A stretch of DNA of 64,000 nt, from the NCBI GenBank assembly GCA_003216415.1, contig QCIY01000010.1, positions 666 to 64,665 on the forward strand. The letters are read 5' to 3'. The DNA comes from Prochlorococcus sp. AG-402-O16. GTDB taxonomy: Bacteria; Cyanobacteriota; Cyanobacteriia; PCC-6307; Cyanobiaceae. Made by a program: the position numbers and the translations under genes. The notes under the pieces were generated by a model that saw only the letters and a list, made by a program, of their open reading frames with translations, searched no databases and had not been told where the DNA came from. This document shows, piece after piece, positions 53,523-62,606 of this stretch (positions within the stretch are counted from its first letter, which is position 1; each line of letters begins with the position of its first letter).

Positions 53523-54467
53523 ATGAAAGATTTAGATATTAATTTTCCTATTGATAAATTTGAAAAATTAATTAAAGATATTGGTTGGGAATCATTGGAT
53601 AATTGGTTCAACTTCTGGAATAGTCAAAAGAATATTCTTTCAATTGATCAATATTGGAATAATAAAGTAAATGATGATTGGATTTGGGGTTTAGCTTTAC
53701 CTCTTTTATCTCAGGCTTATAAATTTCAAAATAATTTTTCTGATCGAAAAATAATTGGAATCTCTGCTCTTCCTGGAACAGGCAAAACAACTTTAGGTAA
53801 ATGGCTTGAAGCAATATCTTTAAAATTAAATTTTAAAATTGCAGTTATTTCAATTGATGATTTTTATCTTCCTTCAGATGAAATGAAATTAGCAATTAAG
53901 AATAACCCTTGGAATGTTTCAAGAGGTTTTCCTGGAAGTCACTCAGTTAAATTAATGTATGAAAAATTATTAACTTGGAAATTAAATGGAGAATTAAGCG
54001 TACCTGTTTTCGATAAATCCCTAAGAAATGGATTGGGGGATAGATCTCATTGGAGATCAGATAATCCTGATTTATTAATTTTTGAGGGTTGGTTTTTGGG
54101 AATAGAAACATCATCTATTGATATTGATGATCAACTAATAAAATCATCAAAGTTGAGTCCCGATGAAGTTTTTTATAGACATAAAATTCAAAAAAATTTA
54201 TACGAATATTTAGATGTTTGGACTTTAATAGACAATATTTGGCACTTGAAACCTTTGAAGTTTGAATATATGAATATGTGGAAGTCTAATCAAGAAAAAG
54301 AAATGCTTTTACAAAAAGGAAATGCGCTTCAAAATAAAAAATTATTTAATTTCTTGAGAATGCTTAATGTTTCTATTCCTCATAAAAGTTTTGATGATAT
54401 AAATTCTTATGCTTTGTTATTAATTGATAAAAATAGAAATTTAATTGAAGCAGGATTAAATTTGTAG
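53523..54467 (+). CDS. D-glycerate 3-kinase-like P-loop kinase
   Basis: GISALPGTGKTT, SIDDFYL, RGFPGSH, PVFDKS..GDR, FEGWFLG. Confidence 0.7.
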   Translation: MKDLDINFPIDKFEKLIKDIGWESLDNWFNFWNSQKNILSIDQYWNNKVNDDWIWGLALPLLSQAYKFQNNFSDRKIIGISALPGTGKTTLGKWLEAISLKLNFKIAVISIDDFYLPSDEMKLAIKNNPWNVSRGFPGSHSVKLMYEKLLTWKLNGELSVPVFDKSLRNGLGDRSHWRSDNPDLLIFEGWFLGIETSSIDIDDQLIKSSKLSPDEVFYRHKIQKNLYEYLDVWTLIDNIWHLKPLKFEYMNMWKSNQEKEMLLQKGNALQNKKLFNFLRMLNVSIPHKSFDDINSYALLLIDKNRNLIEAGLNL

Positions 54468-54557
54468 CAATTTACAAAGAATTCTTTTTTCAGTAATTTT
54501 TTATACATTTTAAGTTGCTTTCAATAGTGTTTAATTATTCTTATTTGTTTTTTTGGG

Positions 54558-54785
54558 ATGGTTGAGTTTTCTTACAAAAACCGAGGTAGTAGAATGGTTG
54601 TTTTGCGATGCATTGGTCCATCAAACTTTTTTTTAGAGAGGGTTTTATTTCCAACAGACATTCTCACTTTTATGGCTCCAAACGATTCAAGAGTTGAAAT
54701 CTGGGGAAATGAACTATATGGTCCTAAATTGGAGGAGAGAATAAGAGTTTCATCTGAAAATGAAGATTCAACTTTAGTTGCATAG
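54558..54785 (+). CDS. DUF1830-type small protein
   Basis: Y.N...MVVLRC...FFLERV.FP motif. Confidence 0.7.
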   Translation: MVEFSYKNRGSRMVVLRCIGPSNFFLERVLFPTDILTFMAPNDSRVEIWGNELYGPKLEERIRVSSENEDSTLVA

Positions 54786-54873
54786 ATACATAATCCCTTA
54801 ATTGTCTTAGAGTCAAAATTTTTTACAAATACCTTTTTTTTATTGATATTATCAAAATAGATTTGTTTTAGAA

Positions 54874-54999
54874 ATGTCTATTTTTTCATCTTTTGCAATT
54901 GGTGGTTTCGTGCCTTCTGCAGCGGTTGCTGGAGTTTTACTTTTAGTTGGTTTAGGAGCCTTCTTTTATCTTGGTATTAAAGGTCCAACAGATTATTAA
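54874..54999 (+). CDS. 41-aa single-TM microprotein (not in ORF track)
   Basis: MSIFSSFAIGGFVPSAAVAGVLLLVGLGAFFYLGIKGPTDY; GC-richer than flanks. Confidence 0.65.
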   Translation: MSIFSSFAIGGFVPSAAVAGVLLLVGLGAFFYLGIKGPTDY

Positions 55000-55068
55000 A
55001 GCTGAGTTTAATTAACGGAAAATTTTTTAATTTTAAAAATTTATACTCTTTAATGCAACTTTTTAATT

Positions 55069-55203
55069 ATGGATTTAACAACAATTTTATTTATATTAAG
55101 CTTGCCATTCGTTTTATTAACGGTTTACTTTGGCACAAAAAATGATTTTTATGAAAGTGAAAATTATAAAGGTGATGGATGTGCGCACGATGTTAAAAGG
55201 TAA
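55069..55203 (+). CDS. ndhP: NDH-1L small subunit NdhP (not in ORF track)
   Basis: 44 aa, one TM then FGTKNDFYESENYKGDGCAH, matching the recalled NdhP motif FGTRNGFYDTDxYxGxGSAH. Confidence 0.8.
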   Translation: MDLTTILFILSLPFVLLTVYFGTKNDFYESENYKGDGCAHDVKR

Positions 55204-55205
55204 CT

Positions 55206-55481
55206 TTATTTCTCATCGCCACTAAATACACAAGTCCATTTACTATCAAATTGCCAAACAGGTTTATATATTTCATTCGTTATTTGTTCGCCAGCCTTTT
55301 TACATGTATCCAAGTCTTTCATGGGAATAGAGTGTAATGAAGGACTAGTTATTCCACTAACCTCTGGCCTACCTCCTGGACCTTGCCTATAGGTTCCAAT
55401 TATTAACCAATAATTAGCCTTTACAGAATCAGAAAAAAAGAATGGAGAAATAAATAATATTAATAGAGAAATTTTTTTCAT
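55206..55481 (-). CDS. Secreted small hypothetical protein
   Basis: Signal peptide ending VKA; two Cys. Confidence 0.7.
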   Translation of the reverse strand: MKKISLLILFISPFFFSDSVKANYWLIIGTYRQGPGGRPEVSGITSPSLHSIPMKDLDTCKKAGEQITNEIYKPVWQFDSKWTCVFSGDEK

Positions 55482-55563
55482 TGATTTATATTAGCTTTTA
55501 CTTATTAAATGTAAATTGTATTTTATAAATTGCTATTAATGAATTAAGAAATTTTATAAGTTT

Positions 55564-56364
55564 TTGGAATATTTAGAATTTATTCTATATGGCTTAATCC
55601 AAGGTTTAACAGAATTCGTACCAGTGAGTAGTACTGCTCACTTAAAAGTTATATCTATTGTTTTAGGTCTTGATGATCCAGGCATGTCTTTGTCTGCAAT
55701 TATTCAACTTGGAAGTGTTTTTGCTGTAGTTTGGTATTTTAGGAATGATGTTTTTATATTCGGTAGTCAATCTTCACTAAAAACTTATGATTATATACCA
55801 AATGTAAGGTTATTAAGGTCTATTTTTTTTAGTACTATCCCAATTATTCTTCTTGGTGGGAGCATAAAATTATTTTTCCCTTATTTTTTTGATAAGATTC
55901 TGCGTTCAAATTTATCAATAGCTATAGTTTCTCTTTTAATGGCTATGTTTATGTACATAGCAGATAGTTCGAAAAAAGGTTCTATAAATTTAAATAATCA
56001 TAATTATTCAGATAGTTTTTTAATAGGTTTTTCTCAAGCATTTGCTATTATTCCTGGCTTCTCAAGATCTGGTGTTACTATTTCCACAGCTTTAATATCA
56101 GGATGGGATAGAAGAGATGCTGCAAAATTCTCTTTTCTTTTAGGTATTCCTGCTATCTCTCTCGCTGCGATTGTAGAGTTCATTTCTTCTTTTAAGCAAT
56201 TATCCGAAGTTAGTTTTGGCCCTTTAATTTTGGGTCTTATTTCTACATTTTTATCTTCTTTATTAGCTATCGATTTCTTATTAAAATATTATTCTTCAAA
56301 TGGTTTAAAAATTTTTATTATTTATAGGGTGATATTTGGTGTTGTAATTCTTCTGAATTTATAA
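55564..56364 (+). CDS. uppP: Undecaprenyl-diphosphate phosphatase
   Basis: QGLTEFVPVSSTAHL, QLGS, PGFSRSG, FSFLLGIP. Confidence 0.93.
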   Translation: MEYLEFILYGLIQGLTEFVPVSSTAHLKVISIVLGLDDPGMSLSAIIQLGSVFAVVWYFRNDVFIFGSQSSLKTYDYIPNVRLLRSIFFSTIPIILLGGSIKLFFPYFFDKILRSNLSIAIVSLLMAMFMYIADSSKKGSINLNNHNYSDSFLIGFSQAFAIIPGFSRSGVTISTALISGWDRRDAAKFSFLLGIPAISLAAIVEFISSFKQLSEVSFGPLILGLISTFLSSLLAIDFLLKYYSSNGLKIFIIYRVIFGVVILLNL

Positions 56365-56419
56365 GTCGTTGAGAAAAATGTTTTTGTAATTGTGTTAATG
56401 TTTATAAAAATAATAACTA

Positions 56420-56572
56420 ATGAATATTTTTATATCTTTCCAGCTTGGTGAAGTCGAAGTCTCAAATCTTACAATATTAGTTTTAGCGTTTTTCTCTTCT
56501 TTTACTTTCATAGCTGTCGGAATAAGCTCTTATAAACTATACAAGTCCCTTATCAATGATGAAGAAAAGTGA
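56420..56572 (+). CDS. 50-aa single-TM microprotein (not in ORF track)
   Basis: MNIFISFQLGEVEVSNLTILVLAFFSSFTFIAVGISSYKLYKSLINDEEK. Confidence 0.55.
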   Translation: MNIFISFQLGEVEVSNLTILVLAFFSSFTFIAVGISSYKLYKSLINDEEK

Positions 56573-56646
56573 TCGGAACGGCGGGATTTGAACCCACGAC
56601 CCCCACTACCCCAAAGTGGTGCGCTACCAAACTGCGCTACGCCCCG
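56573..56646 (-). tRNA. tRNA-Pro (GGG)
   Basis: CGGGGCGTAGCGCAGTTTGGTAGCGCACCACTTTGGGGTAGTGGGGGTCGTGGGTTCAAATCCCGCCGTTCCGA; cloverleaf, anticodon GGG, no encoded CCA. Confidence 0.96.
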
Positions 56647-56680
56647 TATTATTACTATAAAGATAAGATGAATTTAAATC

Positions 56681-57403
56681 TTATTTTTTTATAGGATTGT
56701 TATCAGATCTCAATACACACTTGTCGACTTCCCAATTGAAGTTTTCCCAAATATAATCTTTTAATTTGTAATTACTTCCAGTAAAAACTCCTAACTTAAC
56801 TTTTGTAGGTGAAGCAGAACAATATTGTCTGCAGCCTTCTGATGCAAGATATTGTTGGTGGTAATGTTCTGCAAAAAAATAATTATCAATCTTTTTTATT
56901 TCCGTTTCAATTAAACCAAGATTTTTTTTATACAGTTCTTTTTGATATTGTTCTTTACTGGCTAATATTATTTCCCTATTATTTTCATTTTTGAAATATA
57001 TTGCTGACCTATATTGAGTACCTACATCATTACCTTGCCTATTTCTTTGAGTCGGGTCATGACATTCCCAAAACATTTTCAATAGATCACTTATATCTAT
57101 TTCATTTTTATCCCAGATAACTCTTACAACTTCTGAATGTCCAGTTAAACCAGAACATACTTCATTATAAGTTGGGTTGCTTTTATTACCACCTGCATAT
57201 CCTACGGAAGTTGTTACAACTCCTGGAAGTTTCCAAAAACATTTTTCAGCTCCCCAGAAACAACCACACCCAAATATTATTTCATCTTCTTGCGAATTAG
57301 GATCTTTTTTAAAATCTGTTTTTAGTATTCTATGAACAGATTTTACATGATTATTTAGAGTAGACTTTTCATTATTCATAATGTTTTTTAGAAATTTCAA
57401 CAT
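56681..57403 (-). CDS. msrA: Peptide methionine sulfoxide reductase A
   Basis: GCFWG, GYAGG, GHSEVV, HDPT, QGNDVGTQYRSAI, AE.YHQQY. Confidence 0.95.
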   Translation of the reverse strand: MLKFLKNIMNNEKSTLNNHVKSVHRILKTDFKKDPNSQEDEIIFGCGCFWGAEKCFWKLPGVVTTSVGYAGGNKSNPTYNEVCSGLTGHSEVVRVIWDKNEIDISDLLKMFWECHDPTQRNRQGNDVGTQYRSAIYFKNENNREIILASKEQYQKELYKKNLGLIETEIKKIDNYFFAEHYHQQYLASEGCRQYCSASPTKVKLGVFTGSNYKLKDYIWENFNWEVDKCVLRSDNNPIKK

Positions 57404-57440
57404 AACTTAAATCTTCATATCATAAGTTAAAAAGTAATTT

Positions 57441-59186
57441 TTAGCTTTTAACAATGTTAGTGGCAAGTTCTCTTTCCCAAAGTTTTTTATAAAGTCCGTT
57501 CTTGTTTACTAAATCTTTATGATTACCTTCTTGTACTATTTCTCCTTTATCCATAACTAAAACCCTGTCACAAGTTGCAGCTACAGATAGTTGATGGCTA
57601 ATCATTAAAATAGTTTTGTTACTTCTTTCTCGCATTTCATCTATAATTCTAGCTGCCGTTTTATTGTCTACGCTTGCTAAAGCATCATCAAGAATAACAA
57701 CTGGCGAGTTTACGAGTAATGCTCTTCCAAGCGCTGTTCTTTGCCTTTGTCCACCACTTAGTGTAATACCTCTTTCACCAACAATTGTTTTAAATTTTTG
57801 TGGGAAATTATTTATATCATCGATCAAACCTGCCTTTGTAGCGCTTTCTTTGACTAATCTCTTAGATGCTTTGGGTTCTCCAAAACTTATATTTTCTGAG
57901 ACTGTAGAAGTAAACAAAAATGCTTCTTGGGGAACGATTGCAATATTTTTTCTAAGATCTTCTAATTTAATATTTTTTAGATCTATTTCATCCAAAAATA
58001 ATTGACAATCAGGAATTTCTATAGTTCTTCCAAGAGCTTTTGCTAGTGTTGTTTTACCACAACCTACTGGTCCTACTATTGCAATAAGTTCTCCAGGATA
58101 AATTTTTAAATTGAGATTGTTTAATGAATTAAATTTTGAACCTGGATATTTTATTGTTAGGTTTTTTGCTTCTAACAATCCTTTTACCTTTTTCTTTAAA
58201 AATTTTGTGTTTGCACCATCTACAATATTTGGATTGTTCTGAAAGATCTCTTCTACACGATCCAAACTTACCTGACCTAGTTGAAAAGTATTCAATGTGA
58301 AACCTAAAAGAGCTGTCGGGAAAACAAGCCTCTCAACGTAAAGAATTAAAGCTACTAAACCACCTATTGAAATAAAGCCACTTTCAATTTGAGACGTGCC
58401 TAATCCTAATAAAATTAATAATGAGATTGAAGAAATACCTTGTAGCAAAGGGAAAAGGGTACTTGCTGTTCTTGCAAGTTTTATAGCCGAATTTCGGTAA
58501 GCATCATTATGTATATTAAATTCTTTCTTCTCAGCATTTTCTTGAGCATAAATTTTGATGGCACTTATTCCAGAAAGATCTTCTTGAATTAGATCGCTAA
58601 GTTTTGATAATGATTCTTGTTGAGCTTTTCTTTGATTAACCATTCTACCTCCGAATAAACTTACAATTCCAAGGATTAATGGAAAGATCATTAAAGCGGA
58701 TATTGTTAATGTTTTGTTTATTGAAAACATCGATGGAATTGTAAATGAATAAGCTAAGACAATATTGCATAAACTTAAAACCGTGAAACCTAAAAGTCTT
58801 CTTATGTTTTCCACATCACTAGTTGCTCTACTTATGATATCTCCGCTTCCTTTTTGTTGAATCCATTCTGGATCTTGTATAAGCAAGTGATCGAATAGTT
58901 TCTGACGAAGATTTACCTCAACTTTTCTACCTATACCAAAGACAATCTGCCTAGAAAATAATCTGATTAAACCCATACAAGTTGCTAATAATATTAACCA
59001 CAATGATTTAGTGATAACAAAGTTTGATGAAAACCCAATTTGTAATTGGTCAATTATATTTTTTACTTCTAGAGGTATTACAACACTCAAAATATTAACT
59101 ATCAAAAGAGCTAAAGCCCCGTATAGAAATTCTTTTTTGTAAGGTCTGAGATATTTTATTATGACTTTTAAGTTTAAATTTTCCAT
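57441..59186 (-). CDS. ABC exporter, fused permease/ATPase (MsbA/multidrug-type)
   Basis: Six-TM domain, GPVGCGKTT, VGERGITLSGGQRQR, ILDDA. Confidence 0.92.
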   Translation of the reverse strand: MENLNLKVIIKYLRPYKKEFLYGALALLIVNILSVVIPLEVKNIIDQLQIGFSSNFVITKSLWLILLATCMGLIRLFSRQIVFGIGRKVEVNLRQKLFDHLLIQDPEWIQQKGSGDIISRATSDVENIRRLLGFTVLSLCNIVLAYSFTIPSMFSINKTLTISALMIFPLILGIVSLFGGRMVNQRKAQQESLSKLSDLIQEDLSGISAIKIYAQENAEKKEFNIHNDAYRNSAIKLARTASTLFPLLQGISSISLLILLGLGTSQIESGFISIGGLVALILYVERLVFPTALLGFTLNTFQLGQVSLDRVEEIFQNNPNIVDGANTKFLKKKVKGLLEAKNLTIKYPGSKFNSLNNLNLKIYPGELIAIVGPVGCGKTTLAKALGRTIEIPDCQLFLDEIDLKNIKLEDLRKNIAIVPQEAFLFTSTVSENISFGEPKASKRLVKESATKAGLIDDINNFPQKFKTIVGERGITLSGGQRQRTALGRALLVNSPVVILDDALASVDNKTAARIIDEMRERSNKTILMISHQLSVAATCDRVLVMDKGEIVQEGNHKDLVNKNGLYKKLWERELATNIVKS

Positions 59187-59266
59187 TTAATTTTGCCGAT
59201 ATGATTAAGATAATGTTTCATTTTTAAATATGTGAGCTAATTTTATAAATGATTCAGTATTTATTC

Positions 59267-59563
59267 ATGAGTAACGAACAAACTCATCCTTTACATGCAA
59301 CAGACAAAAATATTATAGATTCTCTTATCACTAAAGAAAAACCAGAAGATCTAGATTTTATTAATTTAGCTAGATTAATAAACCGTTATAACAATTTCCC
59401 TGGTGAAATTGAAATTAAAAAAGATATTGAAAAAATCCTAAATTTTTGGAAAATTACTAAAAATGAGCTTTTTTCTAAAACAAAAATTATTTGGTCAAAA
59501 AGCTTTAGGCCTACTAATACAAATAAAGATATGGTTGGCTCAGGTTTTGATACTTCAAATTAA
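59267..59563 (+). CDS. DUF3288-type conserved protein
   Basis: Q.HPL...D, LARLINRY..FPG; start moved to ATG 59267. Confidence 0.75.
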   Translation: MSNEQTHPLHATDKNIIDSLITKEKPEDLDFINLARLINRYNNFPGEIEIKKDIEKILNFWKITKNELFSKTKIIWSKSFRPTNTNKDMVGSGFDTSN

Positions 59564-59591
59564 AATTTATCAGCTTAATTTTCATAAATAA

Positions 59592-60641
59592 ATGTCTTCT
59601 AATCTATCCAATCCTGAAATCCTAAATATTTTGTTAGATGGTTCAAATCTTGATGATTTAAATGCTAGATCATTAATGAAAAGATGGCTTAATGATGAAA
59701 TATCTGATGTCCAAACAGGAGCTTTTTTAGGAGCTTTAAGAGCCAAGGGTTGCACAGGTGTAGAATTATGTTCTATGGCTAAGGAACTCTTAAATGTTTG
59801 TGAATTGCCAGTAGATAGACCAAATTTATATATGGTAGATACTTGTGGAACTGGAGGCGATGGGGCTAATACATTTAATATTTCTACTGCAGTGGCTTTT
59901 GTGGCGGCATCTTGTGGTGCAAAAGTTGCAAAACATGGTAATAAAAGTGCTAGTGGAAAAGTCGGGTCTGCAGATGTTTTGTTGAATCTTGGTTTGAATT
60001 TAAATTGTTCGTTAGAAAAAGTAGTCTCTGCCGTTGATGAAATTGGAATAACTTTTTTGTTCGCACCCATTTGGCATAAATCTTTAATAAAGCTTGCTCC
60101 ATTAAGAAAGGCCCTTGGCATTAGGACTGTATTTAATCAACTTGGTCCATTGGTAAATCCTTTAAGACCCAACGCGCAGGTATTGGGTGTTGCTTCTGAG
60201 GATCTTTTGAGACCCATGGGAAGTGCATTATTAGAAATGGGGATGAATAGAGCAATAGTAGTTCATGGTTCTGGCGGTCTTGATGAAGCCTCACTTCAAG
60301 GTGAAAATAAATTAGTGTTTGTTGAAAATGGTGAGTTACGATTTTCAAAAATAAATATCTCGGATTTTAACTATGAAAATATTTCAAACGAAAATCTTGT
60401 AGTTTCTAATGAAGATTCTAACGAAGAAATATTAAAGTCTGTTTTAAATGGTTCAGGACAAAAATCTCATAATTATGTAGTTGCTTTGAATACTGCATTA
60501 GTTCTCTGGGTAGCAGGAATTGAGGATGATTTAAAAGAAGGCTTTAATAAAGCATTATTTTCAATAAATCAGGGAAACTCTTGGAAAAAATTTTTACTTT
60601 TAAAAAATTATTTATCTTCAGATGAATTAATTACAAATTAA
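59592..60641 (+). CDS. trpD: Anthranilate phosphoribosyltransferase
   Basis: [34 protein letters not shown]. Confidence 0.96.
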   Translation: MSSNLSNPEILNILLDGSNLDDLNARSLMKRWLNDEISDVQTGAFLGALRAKGCTGVELCSMAKELLNVCELPVDRPNLYMVDTCGTGGDGANTFNISTAVAFVAASCGAKVAKHGNKSASGKVGSADVLLNLGLNLNCSLEKVVSAVDEIGITFLFAPIWHKSLIKLAPLRKALGIRTVFNQLGPLVNPLRPNAQVLGVASEDLLRPMGSALLEMGMNRAIVVHGSGGLDEASLQGENKLVFVENGELRFSKINISDFNYENISNENLVVSNEDSNEEILKSVLNGSGQKSHNYVVALNTALVLWVAGIEDDLKEGFNKALFSINQGNSWKKFLLLKNYLSSDELITN

Positions 60642-61780
60642 TGATTAATCAATATAAGAAAAATGCAAAATTAGTTTTAAGTAATGGAATTGTTTTCCCG
60701 GGATTTTCTTTTGGAGCCTCGGGGACTGCTGTTGGCGAAATAGTTTTTAATACAGGAATGACCGGATATCAGGAAGTTATTACTGATCCGAGTTATTATG
60801 GACAAATATTAACATTCACTTATCCAGAAATTGGAAATACAGGTATTAATCTTGAAGATTCAGAATCTAATATTAGTGTTAAAGGAATAGTTGTTAGAAA
60901 TTATTCATCAACTAATAGTAATTGGAGATGTAAAAAAAATTTTAATCAATGGTTACTTGAAAAAAATATAATTGGCCTTTATGGGATTGATACAAGAGCA
61001 CTTGTTAAAATCTTAAGATCTAATGGCTCAATGAATGGTGTTCTTACATCTGATGATAAAACTATAGAAAGTTGTTTAAAAATAATATCTCAAACTCCAA
61101 AAATGGAAGGATTAAATTTATCAAAAGATGTTTCCACAAACCATAAATATTTATGGCAAAGCTTTTCTGAAACAAGTTTTGATGTTAGAAAAAAATATTC
61201 AGATAAACCTAAAAAATTAAAAATTGTAGCAATTGATTTTGGAATAAAAAAATCAATTTTAAATAGATTAGTCTCCCATGGTTGTGAAATTTTAGTCTTA
61301 CCTTCTCGATCTACTTTAAATGATGTTCTGAATAATAAGCCTGATGGAATATTCTTCTCAAATGGTCCAGGGGACCCTTCTTCGGTTAAGGAAGGGATAA
61401 ATTTAGCTAGATCACTTATTGATCATGGTGAAATACCTATGTTTGGAATTTGCCTTGGCCATCAAATATTTGGATTAGCCTTGGGAGGTTCAACTTATAA
61501 ACTACCTTTTGGACATCGAGGTCTTAATCATCCTTGTGGAAAGAATAATCAAATTGAGATAACAAGTCAGAATCATGGTTTCGCTATTGACCCTAATTCT
61601 CTCCCAAAGGAGATAGTCAAAATAACCCACTACAATCTTAATGATAATACTGTCGCAGGATTGGAAGTTCTTGATAAGCCAATATTTAGTGTTCAATATC
61701 ATCCAGAAGCAGGACCTGGTCCACATGATTCTGATTATTTATTTAATAAATTTGTTTCTCTAATGTTAGAAAGATGTTGA
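60641..61780 (+). CDS. carA: Carbamoyl-phosphate synthase small subunit
   Basis: GEIVFNTGMTGYQE, SNGPGDP, GICLGHQ, QYHPEA. Confidence 0.97.
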   Translation: MINQYKKNAKLVLSNGIVFPGFSFGASGTAVGEIVFNTGMTGYQEVITDPSYYGQILTFTYPEIGNTGINLEDSESNISVKGIVVRNYSSTNSNWRCKKNFNQWLLEKNIIGLYGIDTRALVKILRSNGSMNGVLTSDDKTIESCLKIISQTPKMEGLNLSKDVSTNHKYLWQSFSETSFDVRKKYSDKPKKLKIVAIDFGIKKSILNRLVSHGCEILVLPSRSTLNDVLNNKPDGIFFSNGPGDPSSVKEGINLARSLIDHGEIPMFGICLGHQIFGLALGGSTYKLPFGHRGLNHPCGKNNQIEITSQNHGFAIDPNSLPKEIVKITHYNLNDNTVAGLEVLDKPIFSVQYHPEAGPGPHDSDYLFNKFVSLMLERC

Positions 61781-61830
61781 CATATTGCTTTCTTTTGATT
61801 TGATAATTACATTTGATACATAAATTTTTT

Positions 61831-61836
61831 GGAGGT
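61831..61836 (+). promoter_or_regulatory. Shine-Dalgarno sequence of STAS gene
   Basis: GGAGGT, 5 nt before ATC 61842 and 8 nt before ATA 61845. Confidence 0.7.
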
Positions 61837-61844
61837 ACTAAATC

Positions 61845-62207
61845 ATAGAAGATTTCCAGAAGTTAACGGTTTCTTTAAGAGGAAACATTGATTTTAAAAC
61901 AAACATTATTGTTTTTACTTTTAAAGGCCAACTTGATGCCTTCTCAGAAAAACAATTTAAGACTTTTGTTTCTAATAATCTAAAAAATGAGCATCCATTT
62001 GTTATTGATCTAACAAAAATTGATTTTCTAGATTCTTCGGGTCTTGGAGCTCTTGTTCAAACTGCTAAAGAATGTAAAAAGTTAAAGTTAGGTTTTTCAG
62101 TTGTTGGTAATTCGAGAGTTGCTCAATCAATTAAACTTGTGCGGCTGGGAGATTTTCTTAATTTAAAGTCTAATCTTGAAGAAGCATTAAATTATTTAAA
62201 AAATTGA
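61845..62207 (+). CDS. STAS-domain anti-sigma factor antagonist with non-ATG start (not in ORF track)
   Basis: 120-codon frame IEDFQKLTVSLRG...GQLDAFSE...VIDLTKIDFLDSSGLGALV...; in-frame TAA at 61839-61841; no ATG/GTG/TTG before codon 99. Confidence 0.85.
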   Translation: MEDFQKLTVSLRGNIDFKTNIIVFTFKGQLDAFSEKQFKTFVSNNLKNEHPFVIDLTKIDFLDSSGLGALVQTAKECKKLKLGFSVVGNSRVAQSIKLVRLGDFLNLKSNLEEALNYLKN

Positions 62208-62602
62208 ATTATTGGATTCAAAACTTGGTTCCATATGGCTCTCCTGAAGAAATAGGTGTTATACAACTTGCATGGCTTGGGGATTCGGTTTGGGAACTTC
62301 ATCAAAGACTTAGACATGTTCATTTCCCTTTGAAATCAAAAGAACTCCATTTATCAGTAGTGAACGAAGTAAAAGCAAAATCTCAATCAAAATCTTTATA
62401 TCAAATTGAACATTTATTAAATGAAAACGAAATGGACTTAATTAGACGTGCTAGAAATAAAACAAAGAGATATCCAAAATCTTCAGATCCTACTATATAC
62501 TCCAGAGCTACTGGTTTTGAAACTCTGATAGGTTGGCTATTTCTTAAAGATCCCCAAAGATTATCAATTCTTTTTGATTATCTTGAGAGTAAAATGAAAT
62601 AA
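62204..62602 (+). CDS. mrnC: Mini-ribonuclease III
   Basis: LAWLGDSVWE, V.AKSQ, RRARN, Y..ATGFETLIGWL; TTG start overlaps the STAS stop. Confidence 0.88.
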   Translation: MNYWIQNLVPYGSPEEIGVIQLAWLGDSVWELHQRLRHVHFPLKSKELHLSVVNEVKAKSQSKSLYQIEHLLNENEMDLIRRARNKTKRYPKSSDPTIYSRATGFETLIGWLFLKDPQRLSILFDYLESKMK

Positions 62603-62606
62603 TCTC

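Noticed and set aside
35266-56646. Integrated element or prophage bounded by tRNA-Pro
   Set aside because: No integrase, transposase, phage structural gene or duplicated tRNA 3' end seen by eye
61806-61820. NtcA-like ATTACATTTGATACA before the STAS gene
   Set aside because: Left half-site is poor and there is no TA-N3-T box at 22 nt
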